Source: Prorocentrum cordatum
Taxonomy: Eukaryota
Direction of reading: 5' to 3'
Assembly (NCBI GenBank): GCA_963575745.1
Contig: CAUYUJ010000002.1
Coordinates: 1,550,001 to 1,614,000, forward strand
DNA length: 64,000 bases
The position numbers and the translations under genes were made by a program. The notes under the pieces were generated by a model. That model was not told where the DNA came from. It was given only the letters and a program-made list of their open reading frames with translations, and did not search any database. This document shows positions 25,840 to 39,400 of the stretch, in pieces (position 1 is the stretch's first letter; the number at the start of each line of letters is the position of its first letter).

Positions 25840-28800
25840 TCTGGCCACCAAAACAAGCAAACCGATCGAGACGTCCTCAAAATCTGGCCCACCTGGGGGG
25901 TGAACATGAGCGCCTCGCTCGAGACATCCTCCAAATCTGTTCCGAAAGCGGAGTATGTCGGGCACCAAAACAGGCAAACCGCTCGAGACATCCTCCAAAT
26001 CTGCTCTCCAAGCGAAGGATGTTGGGACAGAACGCTGGCAAACCGCTTGAGACATCCCCACAAAACGGCCGCGAACGGGACAGCGCAATACCCCTCGGCG
26101 GCTCTCCTTAGGGGTGTTGAAACCAGCGCCCCGCCTGAGACATCCTCACAATCTGCTCTCCAAGCGAAGGATGTTGGGACAGAAAGCCGGCAAACCGTTT
26201 GAGACGTCCCCACAAAACGGCCGCGAACGGGACCGTGTCACACCCTTTGGCGGCTCCCCTTAGGGGTGCTGAAACCAGCGCCCCGCCTGAGACATCCTCA
26301 CAATCTGCTGTATGTTGAGTACGTCAGACAATGAGAAGGTCTGAGTTTCAGTAAGTCTGGGTATGAGTGAGTCTCAGCATGAATAAGTCTGAGTATGAGT
26401 AGGTCTGAGTATGAGAACATGTCATACGATCAGGTCTGAGTATGAGCAAGTCTGTGTATGAGTAAGTCTGTGTATGAGTAAGTCTAGGTATGAGGAGGAG
26501 GAGGAGGAGGAGCAGGAGGAAGGAGGAGGAGGAGGAGAAGGGAGAGGAGCAGAAGAGGAATGAGGAGTAGGAGGCGCCCAAGTAATATAGCACCCCGCAA
26601 TTGCGGATAAGAGTGAGGGGGCGGGCGCGGGCGACGCGGGCGTCGTCAAGCCGGCGGACCTCGTGGCCCCCACCTTCCTTGTCGATGGCGCTCTCCTCCT
26701 CCTCCTCCTCCTCCTCTCCTCCTCCTCCTCCTCCTCTTCCTCCTCCTCCTCCGCCTCCTACTCCTCCTCCTCTTCCTCGTCCTCGTTCTCATCGTCATCG
26801 TCGTCCTCCTCCTCCACCTCGTCCTCCTCCTCCTCCGCTTCTTCCTCGTCCTCCCTCTCCCCCCCTCGTCCTTCCATCATCGTCCTCCCATTGTCGTCAT
26901 GTTCCTCCTCGTCGTCCTCCTCCTCTTCCCCCCCTCCCGATCCTCCACCCTCCTCCTTTTCGTCGTCGTCGTCGTCGACGTCATCGTCGTCGTCCCCTCC
27001 CTCCTCCTCCTCCTCCTGCTGCTCCTCCTCCTCCTCCTCCTGCTGCTCCTCCTCCTCCTCCTCCTCCTCCTCCTCCCTCCTCGTCCTCCTGCAAAAGCAG
27101 CCCGCCGCAGGCGCCGAAAAAATTGGTTTGTACACTGAACGTGGTTTGGGTCGCGGGTGGGCCGCGGGTTCTCCACCGGGAACGATTGCAAAAGATGCTC
27201 GCCGCAGGCGCCGAAAAAATTGGTTTGTACCCTGAACGTGGTCGCGGGTGGGCCGCGGTCTCTCCACCTAGAACGATTCAAAAGATGCCCGCCGCAGGCG
27301 CCGAAAAATGTGGTTTGTACCCTGAACGTGGTGTGGGTCGCGAGTTGATCGCGGGGTGGGTCGCGGGCTCTCCACCTGGAAGGAATGCAAAAAAAGCCCG
27401 CCGCAGGCGCCGAAAATGTTGGTTTGTACCTTGAACGTGGTTTGGGTCGAAGGTGGGTCGCGGGTGGGTCGCGGGGTGAGTCGCGGGTGGGTCGCGGGTG
27501 GGTCGCGGGCGGGTCGCGGGTGGGTCGCGGGGTGGGCCGCGGGCGGGTCGCGGGGTGGGTCGCGGGTGGGTCGCGGGTGGGTCGCGGGTGGGTCGCGGGG
27601 TGGGTCGCGGGGTGGGTCGCGGGTGGGTCGCGGGTGGGTCGCGGGTGGGTCGCAGGGTGGGTCGCGGGGTGGGTCGCGGGGTGGGGGTCGCGGGTGGGTC
27701 GCGGGTGGGTCGCGGGTGGGTCGCGGGTGGGTCGCGGGTGGGTCGCGGGGCGGGTTGCGGGTGGGACGACGACAACAAACAACAACAACAAACAACAACA
27801 ACAACACGAATCCGCACCGCGGAATCTCACTTCAGCCACGCACCCAGGGACAATGAATGACCGTTCGGCCCCCTCACTCTGATAACAATAACCCAATCTT
27901 AGGGTATGGGGGTCAAGCGAACCGCTAGAGACATCCTCACAAAACGGCCACGAAGGGGACCTTGAACACACCCCTAGCGGCTCCCCTTGGGGGTGCTGAA
28001 ACCCGCGCCCCGCCTGAGACATCCTCAGAAACTGCTTTGGAAGACAAGGATGTTGAGACATAAACCGGCAAACCGCTGGAGACATCCCCACACATTTGTT
28101 GCGAACGGGATTGTGCAAGCTCCCCTTGGGGGTGCTGAAACCAGCGCCCCGCCGTTGAGACAGAACACATGCAAACCGCTTGAGACATCCCAACAACATT
28201 GCTGCGAACGGGACCGTGAAAACACCCCTGGCGGCTCCCCTTGGGGGTGCTGAAACCAGCGCCCCGCCCGATACATCCTCAACTTCGTTGTGATAGCCAA
28301 GGACATTGAGACAGAAAACCGGCAAACAGCTTGAGACATCCCCACAACAATGCTGCGAACGGGACCGTGAAAACACCCCTGGCGGCTCCCCTTGGAGGTG
28401 CTGAAGCCATCGCCCCGCCTGAGGCATCCTGACAATCTGCTGTGTGTTGGGCAAGTCAGACAATGAGAAGGTCTGAGTATGAGTACGTCTGAGTAGGTGG
28501 AAATCTGTGTACGAGCACGTCTGGAAACGAGTCTGAGTATGAGGAAGTCTGGGTATGAGTGAGTCCCAGCATGAGTGAGTCCAAATATGAGTAGGTATGA
28601 GTATTAGTAAGTTTGCGTATGAGTAACTCTGGGTATGCGTGCATCTGAGCATGCGTAAGTCCAAGTGGGAGGAGACGGGCTGTACCGCAAATAATGTACA
28701 CGAGTATGAGTGGGAGTGTGTATGACTATGCCTGGGTATGTATTTGAATGGGTGTGCTATTACTGTAACATGAAGAAGTCTGAGTATGACTCGGTCTGGG

Positions 28801-28930
28801 TATGAGTAGGTCTGTGTATGAGTAAAGTCTGGGTATGAGGAGGATGGGGAAGAGGAGGGGAAACAGAAGAGGAGGACGGAGTAGGAGGCGTCCAAGTAAT
28901 CACAAGAACCCCATCTTAGGATATGGGGAA
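25840..28930 (+). repeat. Two copies of a composite module (25840-26590 and 27920-28930): GAGACATCC/GGCGGCTCCCCTT..GGGTGCTGAAACCAGCGCCCCGCC array, then GTCTGAGTATGAGTA array, then GAG tract
   Basis: Both copies share the junction CAATCTGCTGT..GTTG..GTCAGACAATGAGAAGGTCTGAGT (26301-26346 and 28433-28478) and the end GTAGGAGGCG(C/T)CCAAGTAAT. Confidence 0.75.
27100..27765. repeat. Tandem CCGCCGCAGGCGCCGAAAA..GGTTTGTAC units followed by a (GGGTCGCGGGT)n 11-12-bp array
   Basis: Four ~100-bp units at 27100-27450; short-unit array at 27455-27765. Confidence 0.85.
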
Positions 28931-29619
28931 CATAATCGCTTTCCAACCAGGAAGCTGTTACAAACTTGGATGATGAATGCGCGCGGCGCTGCGGCGAGAG
29001 CCACAGTTTGAAATCGCCATCCTTCCACCCCTCATGGTGTTACAAATGTTAGAGATGAGAGCTCCCGGCGGAAAGGCGAGAGCCACCTGTTGAAAACGAG
29101 CCGCCTTCCAACCGCGCAATTCCTGCAAATTTTCAAAACAAATGTGCCCGCCGCTGAGGGGACAGCCACATTTTGAAAACGACCCCCCGTCCATCCCTGA
29201 AACTGCTGCAAACTTTTAAGACGAATGCGCGCGGCGCTAGGGCGAGAGATATATTATGGAAAAGCCCCCCATCCACCCCTGAAGAGCGCAGCGTTATGGG
29301 GAGGAACACGTTCTGAAACTTACTCCGACGGAAGGACCCCACATGAGAATCCTCTGGGCGAATCTGGAAAAAGCCCTCGCCGTCGTCCTCGTGGTTGGTG
29401 AGGCGTCCTGGCTGTCTCTTCTGCGTATATTTCTTCTCGCTCTGGCGCGGGCCCCCCCCCCGCTCCCTACGTTGCCCTCGACCTCGCCCTCCTGTTACCT
29501 AGCAGCGAAGACTGATAGGTTTCTAGTAGGGTCAAAAGAGAGCATCATGACTCCCCAGGGGGGTCTGGGCAGATGCCAGACGGGTGCCGCGGGAACTCCG
29601 GGAGTTTTTTTAACCCAAC

Positions 29620-29895
29620 AGTAACGCACTTTGTGATCTTCGAGTTCCCAGAACTCCATTTTTGAATGCCCCGAGTTCTGTAGGCCACTTCGTGTTCTTC
29701 GAGTTCCCAGAACTCCATTCCTGGGCTTTGATGAACTGTTTGAATGGGCCCCGGAGCCAACTGTAGGCCACTTCGTGTCTTCGAGTTCCCAGAACTCCAT
29801 TCCTGGGCATGATTTTGAATGCCCGGAGCCAACTGTAGGCCACTTCGTGTTCTTCGAGTTCCCAGAACTCCATTCCTGGGCCACATTTTGAATGC
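29620..29895 (-). repeat. ~70-bp tandem array, inverted relative to 32664-32830
   Basis: The reverse complement reads GCATTCAAAATGTGGCCCAGGAATGGAGTTCTGGGAACTCGAAGAACACGAAGTGGCCTACAGTTGGCTCCGG, matching 32731-32817. Confidence 0.8.
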
Positions 29896-31375
29896 TGAGG
29901 CAGGCTGATGCTGCGGCCGAGGCAGGCTGAGGCTGAGGCCCAGGCTGATGGGCTGAGGCCAGGCTGAGGCTGAAGGCAGACTGAGGCTGAGGCTGAAGCA
30001 TGAGGCTGAGGCTGAGGCAGGCAGGCTGAGGCTGAGGCTGAAGGCAGGCTGATGCTGAGGCAGGCTGAGGCTGAGGCTGAGGCTGAGCTGATGCAGGCTG
30101 AGGCTGAGGCAGGCTGAGGCTGAGGCCGAGGCTGAAGGCAGACTGAGGCTGAGGCTGAAGCAGGCTGAGGCTGAGGCTGAGGCTGAGGCTGAGGCTGAGG
30201 CAGGCTGAGGCTGAGGCTGAGGCTGATGCAGGCTGAGGCTGAGGCAGGCTGAGGCTGCTGAGGCCGAGGCTGAAGGCAGACTGAGGCTGAGGCTGAAGCA
30301 GGCTGAGGCTGAGGCTGAGGCAGGCTGAGGCTGAGGCTGAAGGCTGATGCTGAGGCTGAGGCTGAGGCTGAGGCTGAGGCAGGCTGATGCTGAAGCCTGA
30401 GGCTGAGGCAGGAGAGAGGCTGATGCTGAGGCTGAGGCTGAGGAAGGCTGAGGCTGAGGAGGCAGAAGGCGATTGAGTCTGAGGCTGAAGCAGAGGCTGA
30501 GGCTGAGGCTGAGGCAGGCTGAGGCTGAGGCTGAGGCAGGCTGATGCTGAGGCAGGCTGAGGCTGAGGCTGAGGCTGCAGGCTGAGGCTGAGGCTGAGGC
30601 TGAGGCCGAGGCTGAAGGCAGACTGAGGCTGAGGCTGAAGCAGGCTGAGGCTGAGGCTGAGGCAGGCTGAGGCTGAGGCTGAGGCAGGCTGATGCTGAGG
30701 CAGGCTGAGGCTGAGGCTGAGGCTGATGCAGGCTGAGGCTGAGGCTGAGACTGAGGGAGGCGAGGCCGAGGCTGAAGGCAGACTGAGGCTGAGGCTGAAG
30801 CAGGCTGAGGCTGAGGCTGAGGCTGAGGCATGGCTGAGGCTGAGGCTGAGGCAGGCTGATGCTGATGGCAGGCAGGTGAGGCTGAGGCTGAGCTGAGCTG
30901 ATGCAGGCTGAGGCTGAGGCCGAGGCTGAGGCTGAGGCAGACTGAGGCTGAGGCTGACTGAGGCAGGCTGAGGCTGAGGCCGAGGCTGAGGCTGAGGCTG
31001 AGGCAGGCTGAGGCTGAGGCTGAGGCAGGCTGATGCAGAGGCAGGCTGAGGCTGAGGCTGAGGCTGATGCAGGCTGAGGCTGAGGCAGGCTGAGGCTGAG
31101 GCCGATGCCGACGGCAGACTGAGGCTGAGGCTGAAGCAGGCTGAGGCTGAGGCAGAGGCAGGCTGAGGTTGAGGCTGAGGCAGGCTGATGCTGAGGCAGG
31201 CTGAGGCTGAGGCTGAGGCTGAGGCTGATGCAGGCTGAGGCTGAGGCAGGCTGAGGCTGAGGCCGAGGCTGAAGACAGATTGAGGCTGAGGCTGAGACAG
31301 GCTGATGCTGAGGCTGAGGCAGGCTGAGGCTGAGGCAGGCTGAAGCTGAGGCTGAGGCAGGCTGAGGCTGCGGCT
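29895..31375. repeat. ~1.5-kb (GCTGAG)n hexamer array with higher-order structure
   Basis: GCTGAG units interspersed with GCAG. The variant block GAGGCTGAAGGCAGACTGAGGCTGAGGCTGAAGCA recurs at ~29965, 30127, 30265, 30607 and 30767. Confidence 0.95.
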
Positions 31376-31823
31376 GTGACTGCGACTGCCGTTGTCACTG
31401 CGACTGTCATCGCGAATGCGACTACGACTGCGAGAACAGCAGAATTCTACAACTAGATTCTCATCTGAATCCTAAGGGGAATGCTTCCAGATATGCTCCC
31501 ACACATTGCTGTTAGGTTGCTTTGCCGGGATATTCTTTTCCGCGCCCCGCCACCTCCTCACCTTTCCATTGCATGAACGCGCATGTCGGTTTTCTTCTGC
31601 CCCTTCGCCGCCTCGGCCAGCACAGGCGCGTTCTCTAATGGGCACGTCGCGCAGCCGTTGGGACAACCCCGCGGGCCAGGCTGTCGGGACAACCCCGCGA
31701 GCCTCTTGCGCGCAAGACCAAGCCGTTGGGACAACCCCGCGGGTTTCGAGCGGGGCGCAGCCGCGCTCAGGCGGGCAGCACGAAGCCCAGCTCTGCCGCG
31801 AGTTGCTTCGCCTCCGCCCTGGA

Positions 31824-32663
31824 CTAAACCGCTCTCTTGTCGAACTCCAGGAGCGCCTTCCGCAGGGACGCCGGCGGCCCTCGCTCCAGGAACTCCCGTG
31901 GCGGCGGCCGCAGGATCAGCATGTTCCGCATGCACGTGGCGCGGGAGAGCATGACGTAGAGGTGCAGCCACCGCTGCTCGTCCGACATGCCCGTGCGGCC
32001 AGCGTCCTCGTCTCTCGCGCAGGCGATGGTGACGCCCTTGCGCAGCGTCTGGCCTTGCGACAGCGTGGAGGTCAGGTAGGACGCGTGCGTCAAGGTGAAC
32101 CCCGAGCGGCCCACGCTGTGCGCCCCCGAGCTCTGCCATGTGAACTCCCTTTCGTTGGACCTGAACATCAGCAAGCTCCGCGCCCGCGCCTGGGCCTGAT
32201 CGTCGTCGTCGGCGTCTTTGGCGCCCTGTCGCAGCACCTCGGCGACCTCCTGGTAGATCGGAGACTCCTTGGAGCCGTGCACCTGCAGCGAGGTTCCCTG
32301 CGGTAGGAAGCGGGGGCGACAGAGCTGGCCTGCCGAGCGCTCCTCGTGCCGCTGCTCGTCCTCGTGGTGGAACTCGACAGACACGATGGTGGCCCGTTGC
32401 TCCTGCACGAGCCCCAACTTCTTCTTCAGCTCTTCTTGCGCTGCCGTGAACCGCACCTCCATGCCGACGTGGGCCGGCAAGACGCCGTGGATGTCCCCTG
32501 TCTTGTGCATGTTCGGGACGTTCAGGAGGCGCCGACCCGCGTCGGAATCGCCCTGAATCGTGCCGCGCTCGTCAACGGCCTGCAGGAAAACGAGGGGCAC
32601 GCCCAGACGCCGAGCGTCGCGACGAGCACGCGTGTTCATCCACCTCGCAAGCGTTTCCCAGTA
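31824..32663 (-). pseudogene. C-terminal fragment of a Pif1-like SF1B helicase (Helitron RepHel-like)
   Basis: YLTSTLSQGQTL (motif V-like, SQGQTL at 32043-32060), LYVMLSRAT (motif VI, 31935-31961) and GVLPAHVGMEVRFT...GLVQ (2B-domain-like). The 5' part is replaced by a repeat array at 32664. Confidence 0.8.
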
Positions 32664-33450
32664 TGTGGCCCGGGAGTGGTGTTCTGGGAACACGAAGAAC
32701 ACAAAGTGGCCTACAGTTGGCTCCGGGCCTTCAAAATGTGGCTCGGGAGTGGTGTTCTGGGAGCACGAAGAACACGAAGTGGCCTACAGTTGGCTCCGGG
32801 CATTCAAAATGTGGCCTGGGAGTGGCGTTCTGGCAGCGCGAGAGCCCAAAAGTGGCGACGGTTAGAGGAATTTGATGATTGTCGGCTTCGTAACATGATC
32901 CGCGGGCCCCATAGGGAAAATGTGGCCTGGGAATGGCGTTTTGGCAGCGCGAGAGCCCAACATTGGCGACAGTTACACGAATTGGATGACCCGCTCGGAT
33001 TAGTAACATGATCCGCGGGCCCCATCGGGAAAATGTGGCCTGGGAGTGGCGTTCTGGCAGCGCGAGAGCCCAACAGCGGCGACAGTTACAGAAATTTGAT
33101 GACCCGCTCGGATTCGTAATATGATCCGCGGGCCCCATAGGGAGGGGGTTCCCGCTTGAGACTTCCTCGGGTTAGTAACATGATCCGCGGGCCCCATAGG
33201 GAGGGGGCTCCCCTTTGAGACTTCCTCGCAATTCACTCACAGACGAGGCCCAAGGCGAGTGAGTGAGTGAGTGACTGACTGACTGACGGGTGATGATGAT
33301 GATCATCACACTCTCTCACGCGCACTCATCATCATCATATGTGAGTTCGTGAGCGTGTGCGTGAGTGAGTGCTGATGAGTCCGTGAGTGAGTGAGTGAGT
33401 GAGTGAGTGAGTGAGTGAGTGAGTGAGCTAGTGAGTGAGTGAGTGAGCGC
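32664..33450. repeat. Tandem arrays (AAAATGTGGCCTGGGAGTGGCGTTCTGG..., TAACATGATCCGCGGGCCCCAT) followed by (GAGT)n
   Basis: Direct reading; the ATGATCCGCGGGCCCCAT motif occurs 4 times in 32895-33200. Confidence 0.8.
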
Positions 33451-36400
33451 ACGAAGACAGAAGAGGAGAGGGGGTGAGGCGAGGAGGTTCCTGCGCGGGG
33501 AATCCAGAGAAAACAAGAATCCCACTTTGGATGTGGGGAAACAACTCTCCAGCCAGGGAGCTGTTACAAACTTGCATGATGAATGCGCGCGGCGCTAAGG
33601 CCAAAACCTCATTTTGAAATCGCCTCCCCTCCACCCCTCATGGCACATGTTGGAGACGAATGCACCCGGCGGAAAAAGGCAAGAGCCACACGTTGAAGCA
33701 GAACCGCCGTCCAACCGCGCAATTGTTGCAAACTTTCCAAACACATGCACCCGCCGCTAAGGCGATAACCGCATTTTGAAGACGATCCCCCGTCCATCCG
33801 TGAAACTGCAGCAAACTTGTAAGGCGAATGTGTAAGGCGCTAAGGCGAGAACCAGATTTTGAAAACCGCGGGTTTGCAAATATCCAAGCTCTACGATCAT
33901 GAACGGTGAGGAAGTTACAAGCGAATTTCCCAGCCCGCCCTACCGACGCGTCTGGGGGTGCGACAGGGAGGACGGGTTATCTGTAAGGACAGGGATGGAG
34001 CAGGAGAAGGAGCAGGAAGGTGGGAGACGCGCGCGCGCGCTGCCCAGCGGCGCCTGGCGGTGTGCCCCTCCCCGCTGCCGCGCGTCTGCCCCCTCCCCCC
34101 CTCCCGGCGCCCCCGCGAGCGCGCGGGCGGGCGCCGGGATGGACATGAGCCTCGACGACTCGGACGGGGGGAGCGGCCTGGAAGGCGCGCGCCAGCCCTG
34201 CACGCCCCTGCTGACAGCGGGGCACCACCCATACGCCTGCGCCGACCCTGGCCAGGCATGATGGGTCCAGGATCGGTGTATACGGCCTTCTGGGCAGCAC
34301 GGCCTCTGGGGGCCCTCGTGGGCAACGATAAGGGGAGGATATGCTCAGCGGGGGACGCATCGACCCCCAATCGCCGGGGACCTGACAGCCTATCCCGCCC
34401 AGGCACGTGCGGATTCGATATCAGGGGCCTATCGCCGAACCATCGGCGACGTATCGACGGACGACGGTGCCAGATCGATGCTCTCCCCCTCAGCCAGTCC
34501 CCCCCTTTCGTTGCCGTCATCGACAAGCATCTCAGTGTGAAAAGTTTGTTCTGGGGACGGGGTCGAGGCCTCGTCAGACTTCTGGGGCTCCACTGCTCGA
34601 ACAAATCACGGCGTTGGGGGCCCAAGAAAGGGGGTGGCAATGGACAGGTACGGAGCCTGTTGCACGCAGCTGGTTTCGGCTCCCCTGCTTGGCACTTTCC
34701 TCGCTCGCCGCTCTCTTGGCGCTGGGACAAGCAGCTGCGTGCCACTGCTCTCCCATTCCCCCATCACGTTCGAAAGCGACGATGGGGGCGAACAGCCCAG
34801 GGGAAACCAACACATGTATCCAGAGGCGCCGAGTGTCCATGTCTTCGGCGAGGCACCCTGGCGAGTACGTGTAATGCCCGCCCCTGGGCGATTCACCATC
34901 GTCGCCTCCGACCCTCGCCGACCCCGTCGGCGGGGTGGCCGCTCGCGGCGCGAACCTCCGGGACACCTGGCGGATTGAGGAAGAGATCGCGGCGGTGGCT
35001 CTCATGGCCAGACTTGAACCCTACGGTCGGAGCGTCCCGACCTCCTCCTCCTCCTCCTCCTCCTCCTCCTCCTCCTCCTCCTCAACCTTCAACATCGACA
35101 ACGACGATCGCCCCGACGGCCTCGCCGACGACACCGTCGACCTCTTGGGCTACCCCACCATTCGCCGACTCCGGCTACGTCGACCTGGACTCCGAGAGCC
35201 TGAGTTGCTCGGCGCCGCCGCGCCCGCAGCGTCCCAGACTGGAGGGAGGCACACCTCGTGGGCGCCAGACTCCTCCTCCTCCTCTTCCACCCTCCTCCTG
35301 GCCCATGGGTCCTGATGGCATCAGGTCCCCGCGGGTGCCGCCCTCCCACCCCAGGGCCAGTCGGCCTTGCGGAGCCTGATCGAGCCAAGAGCCAGACGAC
35401 TCCTGGAGCGTCCGCTCCAGGAGTCGCCGGCTGAAGGCAGGCAGTGAAGGGTAAAAGGCAGGGGATAGTAGCGAGAAGACCGATCAGAACCTCGAGGGAA
35501 AGTGAACGACAGGACGTGGCGGCGGCGGCAGGGGCGCCACTCTCGCCAGAGTGGAAGGCGCAAAGACCTCTCCCCCTGCTCATAGCCCCCACAGGCGCCC
35601 CCCGGACCAACGTCGGGAAGCCTCACTTGCAAATCAGGGGTGGACCTAAGCGGTGTTTTGGCGATTTAGTGGGCCGTTTCGATGTCGTTTTGCGTTAAAG
35701 GCGGATTGAAGACAACACGAGGGAAAACGACAACAACATGAAAACGAAACACGCCGTTTAGTTCAGCTCTGCTGCAAACAGGCGAAAGGTTCCCAGAACG
35801 GTGGCCCGCGAGGAAGCCTAACCTGCAAGCAGGCGAGTAAGAGGACGCGTGGGAGGAAGAGGAAGAGGAGGAGGATGAGGAAGGGAGCAGGAGGAGGCGG
35901 AGGAGGAAAAGGAGGGAGGGAGGGAGAGAGGAGGAGGGAGGGAGGAGAGGAGGGAGGGAGGGAGGGAGGGAGGGCGGGGGGGAGGGTGGGAGGAAGGGAG
36001 GGAGGGGGGGAGGGAGGGAGGAGGGGAGGTAGGGAGGGAAGGAGGGAGGGAGGGAGGGGAGGGAGGGAGGGAGGGAGGGAGGTGAGGGTCCACCGAGCGC
36101 GGGGGAGGTTTTGAGCCTTGCGCGGCGGTGGCTTTCCCCGCGACGTTGCTCGCAGCTGTGCGTCTTGCGACGGCTGTGCGTCTTGAGCTGCTCCTGTTGC
36201 GATGCTTCTCGGGGCGGCGATTCGTCTTGTGACAGTTGTGCGTCTTGACACAACTGCTACTGTTGCTGCTGCTCCTGTTGCGATGCAGGGCCGGGCTCCA
36301 TAAAGCATTGGCGCCCTTTCAGTCTCCCTGAGTGCCTTTCCGAGGAACCTGGAAATTCAGATGGAAGGGTGGATGGCGAAGGAAAGGGAATCGAAGCGGT

Positions 36401-39400
36401 GGGCGGGCATGCGCGGGCAGGTACCGGCACGCGGCTGGTTGGCAGTTTGTGCCGTCGAAGCCATCTCTCTCGCTCCAGGCCGTCCTTAACCATACTTCCC
36501 ACCGTTTGCGGCCCTCCCCGCCCCCTCACCGCGTACAGCGCAGAGCTGGGTCGCACCGCCGCCTCGCTGCGTGGCGGCGCGCAGCGGGGCCCCAGGGACG
36601 CAGCAACCGGGCCCTCCAGGATGCGCCGATGGTGTGTCGTGAGACAGCTGCTCCTCTTGCTGCTGCTCCTGTTGCGACGCTTCTGAACGAAGGTTGGATG
36701 GCGAAGGCGGTGCGATCACCGAGGCGAAGGAGGGGAGGTGAGCCAACGGATCAGAGCTTGAGCTGAACGGGCATGGCAATGCAATTGTTGATTGGGGTTG
36801 GTGCAGTGTCGTAGCCCTCAACATGGTAATGGCCGTGTCGCACCGGCATGGCTGCACCCGTGGTTCAAAGCTCGTCGCGGATCATCCCGTTTCCTCCTCT
36901 CTCCTCCTTCCTTCGCCTCCTCCATTCCTTTTCCTTATAGATAATATCTCCCTGTCGCACCCCGAGGCCAGTTTTTAGGGCGGGCCGGGCGTTTCGCCTG
37001 AGGTGTCACCATTTATGATTCTGAAGCTTAGAAAAGGGGCAACAGCTTCGCAGATGGAGGGTGGGTCGTTTTCAAAATCTGGCTCTCGCTTTCGCGCCGC
37101 GTGCATTTCAGAAAGTGTAAGAGTTTCACGGAGTGGAGGCGCCGCGCACATTCATCTTAACAACTTCCAAGAGCTTCACGGATTGAGGGCGGGTCGTTTT
37201 CAAAATGTGGTTCTCGCCTTAGCGCAGCGCACATTCATGTTAAGCATGTGCAAGAGCTTCACGGATTCAGGGCGGTTCTTTTCCAACATGCGGTTCTCGC
37301 CGTAGCGCCGCTCACATTCGTTTTCAAAATGTACAAACATTTCACGGATTGAGGGCGGGTCGTTTTCAAAACGAAGTTCTCGCTATAGCGTCGCGTACAT
37401 TCGTTTTCAAGAAGTTGCAAGAGTCTAACGGATTGAGGGCGTTTTTTCTGTAAAATGTGGTTATCGCCTTAGCGCCGCATTCGTTCGTTTAAATGATTTG
37501 GAAGAGATCCACGGACTCCCATAGGCAACGTACCAGACATTGTGTTCTGGAAGGTTTTGGGATTATGCGGGTGCAACAGTTATGTTGATTCGCAGTGTTG
37601 AAGTCCCAAACATGGCGTTCTGGCAAGAGTTGGTATCGTCAAGGCGCAGCAGTCAGGTTGATTCGTGGCGTTGAAATCCCGAGAATAATGTTTTGGCATG
37701 CTTCAGGGTCTTCAAACGGTTGTCTTCCAACGAGGCAGCTCCGTAAATGGAAATTAATTGTAGTAGGGGCCTATTAAGAGGGAGCTTGGAAGGAGGGTTA
37801 ATTCCAACATGGTTGATGACTCTTGGATTTACACGGGTCCTCCTCCTCTTCCTCCTCTCCGCCTCCTCCTCCTCCTCCCCCTCCTCCTTCATCCTTCCTC
37901 CTACCTCCGTCTTTTTGTCTTCCTCCTGCTTCCTCCCTCCTCCTTCCTCCTCCTCCTCCTGCTTCCTCCTTCCTCCTCCGCCTCCTCTTCCTCCTCCTGC
38001 TATCACTCCCTGCTGGTTCCACCCCCTCCCTCCCTGCCTGCTTTCCCCTAGGCTCAAGGGCGGGGGGGGGGACGCATCGACCACCAATCGCCCATTGATC
38101 GCCAATAGTTGCCTGATAACCCAGCCCGCTCAGGACAGTGCGGCGGATGTGCTGCGGGGGACTATCGCCGACTTACTTGCGATACATCGCTGGTGCAAGG
38201 TCAACGTTCCCCCCCTGAGCCACTTCCCCCGTCCTCCGCCCCCACCCTCCGCATCCTCCTCCTCCTCCTCCCTCCTCCCCTTGCTCTTTCTCCTCCTCCT
38301 CCTCCTCCTCCTCCTCCTCCTCCTCCTCCTCCTCCTGCATCTCTTCTCTTACCCTCCCTCCCTCCTCCCTCCCTCCCTCTCGTCACTTCCTCCCTCCTAT
38401 CCCAATCCCTCCCTCCCCCCCCCCAACTGCCTCCTCATCCCTATCTCTCCTCTCACTCCTCCTCCTGCCCCTCCTCCTCCTCCTTCCTGCTCCTCTTCCT
38501 CCTCCTCCTCCTCCTCCTCCTCCTCCTCCTCCTCCTCCTCCTCCTCCCCCATCTTCCCATCCCTCCTCCACGTTTACACTCATCCCTTCCCTCCTCCTCC
38601 TCCTCCTCCCCTGGCGCAGGCCTCGACGGCGTCTCGGGCTACGAGCCCCCCCCGCCGGGCGCGAGCCCTGGCGCGGCGGAGGGCGGCGAGATGGACACGG
38701 GTCCCAGCAGCGGCTCGGAGGCGCAGGCGGAGGAGCATCGGGGCATCGGGGTTCAAGAGACGGGGGTTAATGCATCCGGGAGTCAGCCAGAGCGCCAGAT
38801 CTTGCTGGATCCTGCAGGGCCAGGGTCGCATTGACCCGGGCTTGGGTGCAGGATTCTGCAGGATCTTGCAGGATCCTTCGCATTGACCCGGGTTTGGGTG
38901 CAGGATCTTGCAGGATTTTGCAAGGCTTGACTGACCCGGGTCTGGATTGACCCGGGTCAGAAAATCCCCGAGGGCAACGTTAGGGGGGGGATGGGCTGCG
39001 GTTTGCCAGCCTCAGGATGTTTTTCATCAGCTGCGCCTCGCCGAGAGGCGTCCAGGGGTATCCGGATCGCCCCGAGCGGCAGTTGGAGGCCAAGTGATGG
39101 GCCGAAAACCAGGGGCAGTGCGAAGGCGGGATGGATTCAGGGGGGAATCGCCCAAAGACCACCGATTGGTGCCCGATAGCCCGCCCAGGACCGTTCGCAT
39201 TCGCCGTCGGAGGGGCTTGTCGCCGATGCATCGGCGATGCGTCGCCGATTCCAGGTTGGTGTTTCCACCCCTGGGAGGGTCTACCCCCTACAGCGCTCCC
39301 CCTTAACAGGCGACGACGGCGGCGACGACAGCGGCGGCGATGGCGGCGGCGGCGGCGACGACGGCGGCGAAGACGATGGCGTCGAGGGCAACGACGACGG

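Noticed and set aside
29545..31410. 621-aa SA/QP/LS repeat protein
   Set aside because: Translation of the (GCTGAG)n array, with frame-switching dipeptides and no flanking coding context.
33900..35700. GC-rich unique region with several overlapping ORFs up to 473 aa
   Set aside because: No conserved motif recognised; the ORFs are explained by high GC and are left unannotated.
38051..38058. GGCTCAAG, the 3' end of the spliced leader
   Set aside because: Only 8 nt match and the upstream bases do not fit the SL; expected by chance.
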